From Lytechinus pictus (taxonomy: Eukaryota): 64,000 nt of DNA. Both the position numbers and the translations under genes were made by a program. The stretch is from positions 11,348,001-11,412,000 of the forward strand of contig NC_087245.1 of assembly GCF_037042905.1 (NCBI RefSeq), given 5' to 3'. Position 1 is the first letter of the stretch. The number at the start of each line of letters is the position of its first letter. Positions 1 to 10,100 of this stretch are shown here, piece after piece. The notes below the pieces were generated by a model that worked only from the letters and a program-made list of their open reading frames with translations, was not told the origin of the DNA and made no database searches.

Positions 1-508
1 ACTGCACAAATCATGCATGCACGAAACTACAAATAAATATTTGAGCAAAATATGTGTATGTCATTTTGTCATATCATGAATGTAAAGGCAAATGAAGAAC
101 TACAATTTTCATTGGATCATTTGATTTTATATTCCACCCGACCCCCTCCGACAAAAATGAAATAAATATACTTTAAAAGAGGCCTTGCAATTCCCAATGG
201 GTTTTTTTAACCTACATGTATCTCCCAACTTCAAATTCCTTTTAAAGTGCTAAGTATCATCTACCTCCTAGAGGGGAGGGACTCAATCATCCCTATGATA
301 AGCTGGTGGTAAAATCCACCATTGTTTGATGTAATCTCACAGCCATTTGTGTGTTTCGATGCTGAAGCTTCAATCCAGATGACATCATCAACCAAAGTAG
401 CAAAACCTCAGCTACAGAGGCCGAGTGTAGGTGGCACACCGGTGGCACACCATCATATCTGGAGGAAGAGCTCATGCTCGTTATTTCTCTTCTGTACAGC
501 AGCAGTTA

Positions 509-529
509 TCATTTCTTCACCTTGCACAT
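509..529 (-). CDS. NDUFAF8: NDUFAF8-like last coding exon (MCKVKK*)
   Basis: Pyrimidine tract plus CAG acceptor (AG at 530-531) on the minus strand; in-frame TGA at 509-511. Confidence 0.72.
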   Translation of the reverse strand: MCKVKK

Positions 530-2195
530 CTGACCATAATAAAAGAGAGATGAAAGTCTTGATTGTTTAATTTTACACCAACAAGAAAAATAATGTACTT
601 TAAAGGGAGTTCAAGTGCTCAACCCTAAAATTGTTTGTGAAAAAGGAAAAGAAAAAGAGAATATGAAGCTGCAAAATAAATTGGATAAGGAATGAGTTTT
701 TTTAAGATCACCAAGAAGAACTATTTAAATTTCAAACTATCTATTTTGATTTTTTTAATCTGCTTCTCTGACTTTTCACATTCTTTCTTTCAGACTAGTA
801 ACCTGATGGATTCCCTTTATATCCTTTGCTCTCCATGTAGTCTCAAGAACTTCACTAGCTTTAAAAACAATACCTGATAATCTTTATCATCTGGCCCATA
901 TTTAGTTAAGAGTACTATGGTGATGGAATAACTATAATCAAAGTAGTGTATGAGGAAAATTTCCAAACTGATTCATTATGGGCAAACATGAAATTCCAAA
1001 AAACTAAGTGTCAATCCAAATTATTTTGAAGTAGTCTGAACTCAGAGGTATATTTTCTTATGATGTACATGTAGAAGATTTTTTTTTTCTAAGTTGAATA
1101 AATTATCTTAATTTCATTATTTGTTTGTATCTCACCACTTTCTGAAGACATTCCTTGTAGACTTGAAACTCTTTGGCACAGTCATTTCTACCTACATGGT
1201 CCTTGGCAGAAACGCATCGACCGTAAGCAAGTGCCTTTATCACACAGAAAGAGAATCATAATAATTTTGGTTACTTAAAAAAGTTGGAAAATGAAACTGC
1301 AAAAGCTCCAATACCTAGGTAGAGAGGTAACAAGTAAGCTGAAAATAAGTTGAATGTCACAAACAATAATTGAAATCATCTTTAAAGCTGAATTTGCACA
1401 CCACCTATCGTAATTTGTGATATTTTGCTTTACAAAACAAAAGAAATATAACATAATTTTTTCAGTGTATCTATTGTAAACTTTTTATACAATGCTATAC
1501 AATTGCATGGTGTGGCCAACATCTGTGTATTTATTAGGAGTATATGCATTTATCAGATCAGAGCCCCATTCAAGAAAAGTTACTATTAAAGTTCTATTGC
1601 CATACGATGGTAACTATCATAGTTACGATGATAGACAGCAAATCAGAATCAAGGATTTTCTGGGAAGTTACTGTTGGATTGGATGGTAACATTGCAAATA
1701 GTAACATTATGGAGTGTTATACAGACTCTCACTAAAAGTTGGACGAGACTTCCACTTAATATGGCAGCCATCCAAATTGATTAAAAAAACAGTAGCCTAT
1801 GTAGATGTTTTGATCTCCTGGTGCAGACAGATGTGGACTAATCAAATTCTTGTAAGGTTTGTGCAAAATACGATTTAATAAGTAGCATGAATTTGTTGCA
1901 ACTCAGGAGAGAAAATGGCTTTTATTAAGACTGTGCAAAAAAATGTTAAAGGCATTCATTTTACAAGCAAGGGGTGGTTTTTTGTGTGTCATATCATCTG
2001 CACAAGCCACAATTTTTTAGTGTGACATCTCACTTAACTTCAAGTATAATGAAGGAAGTTGTGTCGTCACAGATATAATGAAATGTGGTTTAAAAACACA
2101 GAGATAAATACCTGTGGGGTGCATTCTGCAAGTGCAGCAGGAAATTGGGCCATTCTTTGCCTGGCTCTCTGCACACTTCCACCAGCACTGTTCAT
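509..2195 (-). CDS. NDUFAF8: NDUFAF8-like twin CX9C mitochondrial complex I assembly factor; complement(join(509..529,1136..1234,2112..2195)); 67 aa
   Basis: Manual splicing gives MNSAGGSVQRARQRMAQFPAALAECTPQ|ALAYGRCVSAKDHVGRNDCAKEFQVYKECLQKV|MCKVKK*. It has two exact C-X9-C motifs and resembles human NDUFAF8 as recalled (RLRAFPERLAACGAEAAAYGRCV...CAREFEALRSC). Both introns are GT-AG, phase 0. Confidence 0.88.
1136..1234 (-). CDS. NDUFAF8: NDUFAF8-like coding exon 2 (99 nt)
   Basis: AAG| acceptor and |GTGAGA donor; encodes ALAYGRCVSAKDHVGRNDCAKEFQVYKECLQKV. Confidence 0.9.
2112..2195 (-). CDS. NDUFAF8: NDUFAF8-like coding exon 1 (exon extends to 2271 as 5'UTR)
   Basis: ATG at 2195, CAG|GTATTT donor, TTGTAG acceptor at 2272-2273. 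Confidence 0.87.
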
Positions 2196-3177
2196 AGTTT
2201 CCTCTTATCTTCCTACTTCTTACTGTTTGAACTTGTTACAGCTTCACAGACAGATGTTCTTATGCACAAACCTACAAGATAAAATAAAAAGAAATCAAAC
2301 CTTTGAAGTTTGAGCCCTGACTGAGCCTCTTCCATTCCACTTTTCTTTGAGGATTATTATTTTTTCTTCAAATGTATTTTCTTTACTTTTAATGTAATTT
2401 CTCTTTTGGGACTCAGTTCTTCCTCTCTTCTTTTATTGATTGTGAAAAGTTAATACATTTCTCTGTTCTTTCTTTTGCTCCATTATTCGTATGTACCTTT
2501 CATTGAAAATATATATATATCTTGATTACCCATTAATCTATCCATTTCCTCACAGCCATAGGCTTATCCTCAATTTCTATTTTCCTATTTCATATCAGTC
2601 AATTTTCTTCCCTTACAATAAAGACTGATTTATTTCCCAATAACTATCCTCCTGATTTTTAAAAGTAATTTTTGCCCTCTAAAAACTAACCTAACTCTAT
2701 CAAATCAATCAAATTTTGACAAAGAAAGAATTCGAAGCAACAGTCCATAACTAACTAACTTACAAATACTACTACTAATACTAACAACGTCATATTTTAC
2801 CCAGGGTAGCCACTTCAGTCCCAGCAGCCCTGCTAAGCACATGACCCTACCAGTTTGAGGGACTGCACGTCTATAGACGGTTGGTACAGTATAGACAAGA
2901 CAAGACCAATTTTAGGGGATGAGAGCTGTTCCAAAAATGATGATCCTTGTTTTCTAGCAGCATCTTTATAATGATTTCTCCACACAAGAAAATTATTTAC
3001 CCAACAAATGTCAATTGAGAGTGCTTGTCAGTGTAACCGGGAATTACAGGCCACCGCCTTCTTCCTATACTAGATAATGATGATGATGATGAAAATACTG
3101 CATGCTCTCTCTAGTCAAACCACCTCTATCAATGCCCTAGCAAGATACTCTTAGTAGATCTATACAAGTTACCAAAC

Positions 3178-3359
3178 CTCCACTTTCTCATTCTGCAACC
3201 AGTACCATACAGCCTATGGAATAGCCTTAGGTAATTAGCCTTAGGCATATGAAATCTGCTGTTAGAAGTATGGTAGTCTGCAAAGAATCAGAGACAATTC
3301 AATCAAAATCCACACTCTCTTTCTGGAGGAGGAGCATCAACATCCTTACTCCATATCAC
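3178..3359 (-). other. Putative 5'UTR exon of the NDUFAF8-like gene
   Basis: TTTATAG| acceptor and GAG|GTTTGG donor on the minus strand; exon-like composition with no long ORF. Confidence 0.4.
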
Positions 3360-3422
3360 CTATAAATATCAATGCAATGCCAGTTCTAACTTCCTGCATC
3401 AGGCTGTAATGATCTTTGATAA

Positions 3423-3559
3423 GGGGTCCGTAACACAAAGGTTAGCGTTTAATCGCTAATTTGAAAGAACAATTCCGATTGGTTCCCAGTCAATCTAATG
3501 AGAAAAACTAGTAATTCATGATTTAGCGATTGATTGCTAACCTTTGTGTTACCGGGCCC
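3423..3559. mobile_element. PIF/Harbinger-like MITE
   Basis: TIRs GGGGTCCGTAACACAAAGGTTAGC / GCTAACCTTTGTGTTACCGGGCCC; TAA and TGA flanks. Confidence 0.7.
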
Positions 3560-3721
3560 TGATCTCAACTCAACTGCTACCCTGTTCAGGCAAGATTTCT
3601 CACCAATAAAATGTCCAATACAGTCACTTGCCAGCTAAATTGTAACAAGGAAGATGAAGATGCAGATCATGATTTTGTGGGATCCTGTCATTCCTGTATA
3701 TTTCTTATCCCAAAGAGAAGA

Positions 3722-4310
3722 CCCCGAGGGGGGGGGTATTTAGATTTGGTTTAGACAGGGTGTGCAGCTGAAGGTTCAAAACCCATAACCATATTTACGG
3801 GTCATTTTGGCTAAAAAGGTACCTATTATTAGAGATTTATTACAGGGGCGGATCCAGGATTTTCAAAAAGGGGGGAGCACATCTTACCCTGGAAAATTTG
3901 ACAAGCAAAAAAAAAAAAAATAGGTTATCAAAATGTCATTTTGTATTTGCACCTAAGTAGGCCTACATTGGAGGAGAATATGGACCCATGTTTAAGGCCA
4001 GTATCTAAGAGTTGAGGCCGTGTTTAGGCAGGCCAGTTTAGGGATTCTCCAGCATAAAACCATACCCCATGAATGAATGAAGTACATTTATTTCCAATAA
4101 TAAAGGCATCAGTACATTTTATAAGCTTGAACAAAACAATGGAGGTAGCAACTCAGAAAGCACAGCTTGTGATGAGTGCACCGTGACATAAACAATAAAT
4201 ATAGTACATGAAAGAAATTTATCTTATGTTTAGGGATTTCTTCAAAAAAGCGACCCATTCCAGTGGCACATCCCCGTATGCCTTATTTCGTGAGTACCAC
4301 CACCCCCCCT
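3722..4310. mobile_element. Degenerate MITE with G/C-run termini, interrupted by nested fragments
   Basis: Starts CCCCGAGGGGGGGGGTA, ends GAGTACCACCACCCCCCC. Contains a CAGGGGCGGATCCAGG-type fragment (~3843) and a possible minus-strand LINE 3' tail (~4070-4200). Confidence 0.45.
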
Positions 4311-4836
4311 CCCTCTTTCCTATATTGTTCTTCCCCAACGCACGCGTCTGTAACGTTGGGGAAGAACAATGACAAACAAGATGGCAATGTAAACATCGGG
4401 CAAGTCTCCCCCGTCTTTTCATATTTTTCTCATTTTTTTATGAATTCTTGTTTAAACATGAAATCGCTGGGTAGAAATGTCGGAAATGAAGTTGTATCCC
4501 ATTTACTAGACAGGAATAACCGTCGTTTCTGGGGATTTATTTAACAATTTCTGACATTTTACTATCATGAGCCAACGCAGTTCAGCGGAACCACCAAAAT
4601 ACAGAGACTGAAGCTTTTGGTCTACCCATTAACATGATATAGATCTTTTAGAATGAAAGTAGAAATCTCGGGGGCGAAAGTTTCAGGCTTTTTGGCGGTA
4701 CCACAGATGGGATGGAATCCCCGACTTCGTGGAGAGTAAGCATACGTTAGTAAATGATTTTTACTCTCTAACGTTAATAGAAGCCTCCGAGTCCTGGCTA
4801 GCTGCCACTGCAGCTGTCGAGCATTGTCTAACTTAA

Positions 4837-5702
4837 AGACCCTGACCGGTGTAAGAACAATCATATATCAAAATAAAGGTAATGATTCATACAATACGAA
4901 TATACCAAAAATATCATATATATCTCCTTCCAATAGTTAAAAATATTAAATAAAAATCAAAGAAACTGCTCCTCCAAAGTACGCTTCGATTGAGCACCCC
5001 CACGTCGCCTGGAAATGATGACGTCACGTTGTGTCAGGAGGTTTGTGATTCCATAGGTTTGTGTACAAAAGCATTGGGTATTTTCTTCCATTTCCATGTT
5101 ATGAATCCATTTTTTTTTTCGTTTTCAGATGAAAATGGCACTCAAAACTATTTACTGTTCAAATTGTTGTAAACCTACAACTATTCACTACCTTTTTTGT
5201 GATTTCTTTGTTTGGCTCTTATTGGGCCTAAATTGCTATGTCAGGAAAAGTTGTTATACATAATCTAAATGCAGATAGAATTGAAATCTGCGCCAAATAA
5301 GCAGAAAATAAAATATGGCAAAAACTAGTTCAAAACTGCAGATTTCATAAATTCAAGCTTGTGGGTAAAAATATATGTGATATCCCTCTGTGATAGAAGT
5401 GAAGAGAATGAAATGCGTTATCTGGAAAGCAAAAAAATCACCCAGTTTTTTTGTGTACAAACCTATGGAATCCCGACGCTTCTTACACAACGTGACGTCA
5501 CGGTCTCGAGGCAGGTGAAAAGCACAATAAAGCCTATTTTCTAAGCGGGGTTCGAAACCCGATAATTGGAATATTCTTAAGCAAAATACTCAGCTGGGAA
5601 GCGGTGAAAATGCATAAAGCATACCTTGGTGTATTTAGTAGCTTATAAGCTTTCGATTGGTATATAATTTATCAATTTCATTTTCGGGTCCGGTCTGGAT
5701 CT
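4837..5702. mobile_element. Kolobok-like non-autonomous DNA transposon
   Basis: TTAA at 4833-4836 and 5703-5706; termini AGACCCTGACCGG / CCGGTCTGGATCT (11/13 inverted match); internal ~50-bp inverted repeat at 5019-5070 vs 5446-5500. Confidence 0.72.
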
Positions 5703-5879
5703 TTAATTTACATGTAACAAAGTTAGTTTTGGCTTACGCTACTTGTCTAGACTTAGTTAAACCAGGCAGTAGACATACACAATGTACATGAAGCTAAATC
5801 GGTCGATGGTTTTAACTGAAGACAAGGCTAAACAAAATCCAAATGTTTTAAAGGACAAAAATACAATGTCTATATAAGA

Positions 5880-6090
5880 ACTTAAAGAAGAAAAGAAAAG
5901 AAAAGAGAAAAAATGCAGGAAAAAATGAAACAAGAAAAGAAAAAAGAGAACAAAAGAAAAGAAACGAAAAAAAAAAAAGAGAAAAGAAAAGAAAAAGAAT
6001 AGGAAAAAAGAGAAAAAAATAAAATAAGAGGAAAAAATAAAAAAAAATAAAAATAACAATAACAACAAGAAAAGAAAAAACAAGAATAAC
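5880..6090. repeat. A/G-rich low-complexity tract
   Basis: (GAAAA)n and (AAAAT)n-like runs; source of spurious Phe-rich ORFs. Confidence 0.9.
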
Positions 6091-6275
6091 AAGCTGTTGA
6101 AAATGAACAAAAGCTGTGAGTGTGGCAAAAATAGTCAATCCTGACTGGTTGCCAACCAAGGAAAGAAGAACTTCTTTCATCCGGGGGCCGGGGCACATCA
6201 TTATTAATTCAAATTCATCACTAGCCACACACGCCTGCAGCATTTGATTTATATCCCGATTGACTAATGATTGAG

Positions 6276-6367
6276 GAGTTTGCCTGCAGTACTAACACAG
6301 GAAGAAGAAGAAGATTCTTCTTCTTCTTCCTGTGTTAGTATACTAGTACTGCAGTGCAGGCAAACTC
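6276..6367. repeat. Inverted repeat (hairpin) containing (GAA)n/(TTC)n
   Basis: Perfect 23-bp arms 6290-6312 and 6318-6340 with a 5-nt loop; outer arms GAGTTTGCCTGCA / TGCAGGCAAACTC. Confidence 0.9.
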
Positions 6368-6542
6368 TTTTTAACTCTTTTTTTAGTTTTTAAAATTTAA
6401 GTTAAAAAGAGTTAAATAGTCGACACTGCACTGCATTAATTAATGCCTTTATAATGCCATGGCATTGCATGCGCATGTGTTGTGTTTGACTTTGACTAGT
6501 TATTTGGTAACGTAAATAAAGTACAAATCACGGTAAACTCAC

Positions 6543-7045
6543 AATTTCTACTTGAGTCTCGAATAAGTTAGTAGGTCGTCCAGGACCAGGGAGGTCGTCA
6601 CGGTTATACAAAAACAGCATTTGCAATGCATGCATGCGGTGCAGTGCAGTGAGTCATTCATTCACAAATTAACATCATCGCATATCGCCTCATATCATGT
6701 GACGAAAATGTGGGCGTGGTAGTTTATCAAAATTTGTTGCCAATTTAAATAATATATGAGTCATGTATCTTTTGACTATTCAAAATGATGAAAGTAAATT
6801 AATAAGATTTTTAAAAAAATATTCAAATGAGTTATATAAAATATAAATTATAAAAATATTGTGTAAAACTGTTTAAAATGAATTTTGATAATTGATTACC
6901 GATCGTAAAAAACGAAGATTGCACGAGTCTATTCTAATTTTCAGTACATATTGCGTTAGTTACTATACCGTCGCTTCTTCTTCATCGAGAAAAACCTCAT
7001 GAACAGAAGTTAAAGGTTCATCATTGTGGTCTTCATTGGGAAACA
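6543..7045. promoter_or_regulatory. Putative promoter region of NPC1, possibly bidirectional
   Basis: Directly upstream of the NPC1 ATG; GGGCGTGG GC-box-like motif near 6712; minus-strand donor-like GTGAGT at 6537-6542; CpG-rich DNA at 7112-7450. Confidence 0.45.
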
Positions 7046-7111
7046 ATGGCGCTCGGTGCATTGTTTTACACAGTTGCTCTTGTGTTCAGCCTTTCCTGTT
7101 TTATGTTTCAG
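7046..7111 (+). CDS. NPC1: NPC1 exon 1 (signal peptide [22 protein letters not shown])
   Basis: ACAATGG start context, hydrophobic peptide, CAG|GTAAGT donor, phase 0 matching exon 2. Confidence 0.85.
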
Positions 7112-10100
7112 GTAAGTCGTGACTAACTCGCGCTCGCAGGCGCAGGAGGACGGCCCGGCCAGCGCCAGCCGCCGCACCCGACCCAGGCTCAGCTCTGAAT
7201 GCTGGCGTTTTTCCTAGCTGCGGCAGCCCGAACACGTACCGGTAATGTGTCTAAAGACTAGTAAAGACGTCGTGTCGAGGTCCCCGGGGCCGGGGCAAGC
7301 GTTTGTCCTAGTCCTGACCTGGCATGTCCGCGCCCGCGTTGCAACCGCAGCGGCACCCTCACCTCAGCTCGCGCTCGATGACTTTGGCATGTTTGGGGGA
7401 AGAGTTCCAGGCCAGGCAGGCGCAATGCCTATGCCTATGCTATGGCTATGCAGTTTCGCACAGCTCAGTGGCCTGTTGCATGAACGAAAGGGTCTTTCGA
7501 GTTTCGTAGAACCATTCTACGTAAGAACGAGATATCGCTCAACTGTTTCACAAAGCCGATTTGGTCGATACGAAGAATGATCCTTGGAAAGACACCTCCA
7601 GACATGTCCTACGTAGCAGGCATGATCTTCTTTGCACACCGCCCGCCACCGTCGGCATTGAGAGAAAATGCGTTTACGGCAAGCCACACTGACATATCAC
7701 CTTTAAACATTTTTTGGGTCATTTGATTGCTGCACTATAATGCATTTTATCTGGGATGGCGCCAATTTTTATATTGGGACTGTCATCAATTTCACGGCAA
7801 AACGGATGCGATTTTAACTTCTCCGTGGTAATCTATAGCCTAAAGCTATAGGCCCATATAATTTGTTTAAAAATATATTTTCTCACATTTTCTCCCTCTT
7901 TTCCAGTTGTTTTTTCTACCAAACTTGAAATATCGAAATGGGCGGCATTCTCTCTGACCCCTCATGCTTTATCATTAGATAAACAACATGAAAACAAATT
8001 TTTCAAAAAGAAATTATGTATAGTAAAGAAAACATGTTTATAAAGGCGTTCAGCAAAAAAAAAAAAAAAACGCGATATCGATACAAAACTAAGTTACTAA
8101 ACATGCTAAATCATTTATCTATTTTTATTTCATTTTCATAATCATTATTTTCTTTTTTGCTGAGATTACTTTCAATCAATGAAAATTGTTGGATTTGTGC
8201 TAATTAAGGACGTTCCACAGTTAAAATGAAGTCCATGTCATTTTCACTAAATTTTGTAGAGAGTTACTTTATCTATCTATCTATTATACTGTATCTATAC
8301 ATTATGAAAATTCAAAAAGTAACATAGGCTCATGTGCTTATTTTTTTTCTACGGGTCTTCAAAGTCACCATATTTGAATGATATGCAATCTTGCGCAATC
8401 AAAAGAATTATGCCTCTCTTAGACCTCACGAATTCACCAAATGAGTTTAAATCATCTTTACTCAGTGAATACCGCATCAAAGATTCAAACTTCATCAAAT
8501 TCTCGAGATATATAACAAAGTGTATACCAAAGTAAGAGAAGGTCTTTTAATTGGTAAAACTATATCTATTTGGAGTCAACAGCACCCTCATTTGGCAAGG
8601 ATGATGCAAAAACTCGGAAAAAACAAATCTTCAAAGACGTGAATCTACTCAAAAATTAAAAGTATTTGTAAGCTGCACTTTATTCAAAATCCATGTCATT
8701 TTTATCAAATTCTGCTAAATTGTAGAGGAATGCATATCAAAGGTGTAGCAAAGTTAAAAATATGAGGTCTATGTCCTTGTTTTTTAACTGTGAGTGTCTA
8801 AAGTGAGGCGAGTTGGCATGAAAATCGCCCAAAATGCGTCCAAAACGTGCAAAAGTCTCTTAATACCCTCTAAAATGCAAATGGTTCTGTAGTTTGCCCC
8901 AAAACATTCAAAATCCATGTCATTTTCATCATACTCTCTAGATATGTAGAATAATGTATTTTAAAGACATTAAAATCTTAAAAATATGGGGTCCATGTGC
9001 TCGTTTTTAAACTACGAGTGTCCAAAGTGATGCGAGTTGGCTTGAAAATCGCCTAAAAAGCGCCGAAAACATGCAAAAGTCTCTTAGTACCCTCTAAAAT
9101 GCAAATGGTTCCATATTTTGCTCCCAAACATTCAAAATCCATGTCATTTTCATCATACTCTCTAGATTTGTATAGGAATATATTCTAAAAGCATTAAAAT
9201 ATTAAAAATATGGGGTCCATGTGCTCGTTTTTAAACTATCAGTGTCCAAAGTGCTGCGAGTTGGCTTGAATATATTGAAATCCACCTAAAATGCGCTGAA
9301 AACGTGCAAAAGTCTAATATCGTCTAAAAGCAAATAGTTCCGTAGTTTTGCTCCCAAACATTAAAAATCCATGTCATTTTCATCATTCTCTCTAGATTTT
9401 CTGAGGAATATATTCTGATGACATTTAAATATTAAAGATATGGGGTTCATGTGCTCGTTTTTAAACTATCAGTGTCCAAAATGTTGCGAGTTGGCTTGAA
9501 ACAATCTGTTATGCGCCTAAAACGGGCAAAAGTCTAATACCATCCAAAATGTCAAAAATACGAATGGTTCCTTAGTCCTGCTCCCAAACATTCAAAATCC
9601 ATGTCATTTTCATCTTACTCTCTAGATTTGTAGAGGAATATATTCTGAAGAAGTTAGGACATTTAAACTATTGGGTCTATGTGCTCGTTTTCAAATTATC
9701 AGTGTCCAAAATATTGCGAGTTGGCTTGAAACAGCCCAAAATGCGCCGAAAACAAGCAAAAGTCTGTTATTACCGTCTAAAATGCGAGTGGTTCCGTAGT
9801 CTTGCTCCCAAACATTGAAAATCCATGTCATTTTCACCATACTTTGCATATACAGCGCGTCCCCAAAAAAATGTCCCTCTGACATAGGACTGAATTAATT
9901 CATAAATGTGGTAGGATTCTCAAATAAATTTTCATGAGTAGAAAGCTCATTTCATGATCTAACTTCTATGAAAATTTAATTGGTCGCGCTTCAGCGGTTT
10001 TGAATACACACTCTGTTACGTAACAGTGGTGCATTTTAGCCCATTCCAAGTTTGCAGCATTAATGCATTTCTTCATTGTCTATGGCATGTTAACCCCCAT

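Noticed and set aside
293..570. ORFs 293..475(-) and 322..570(+)
   Set aside because: They overlap the last exon and 3'UTR of the NDUFAF8-like gene and show no recognisable domain.
5757..6243. Three Phe/Leu-rich minus-strand ORFs of 104-131 aa
   Set aside because: Translations of an A-rich low-complexity tract.
7245..7580. 111-aa ORF in GC-rich DNA
   Set aside because: Lies in the CpG-rich start of NPC1 intron 1; stop-poor by composition, with no recognisable homology.
8688..9850. Regularly spaced repeats superficially like a CRISPR array
   Set aside because: Whole ~225-bp units are repeated with no unique spacers, there are no cas genes, and the context is eukaryotic.
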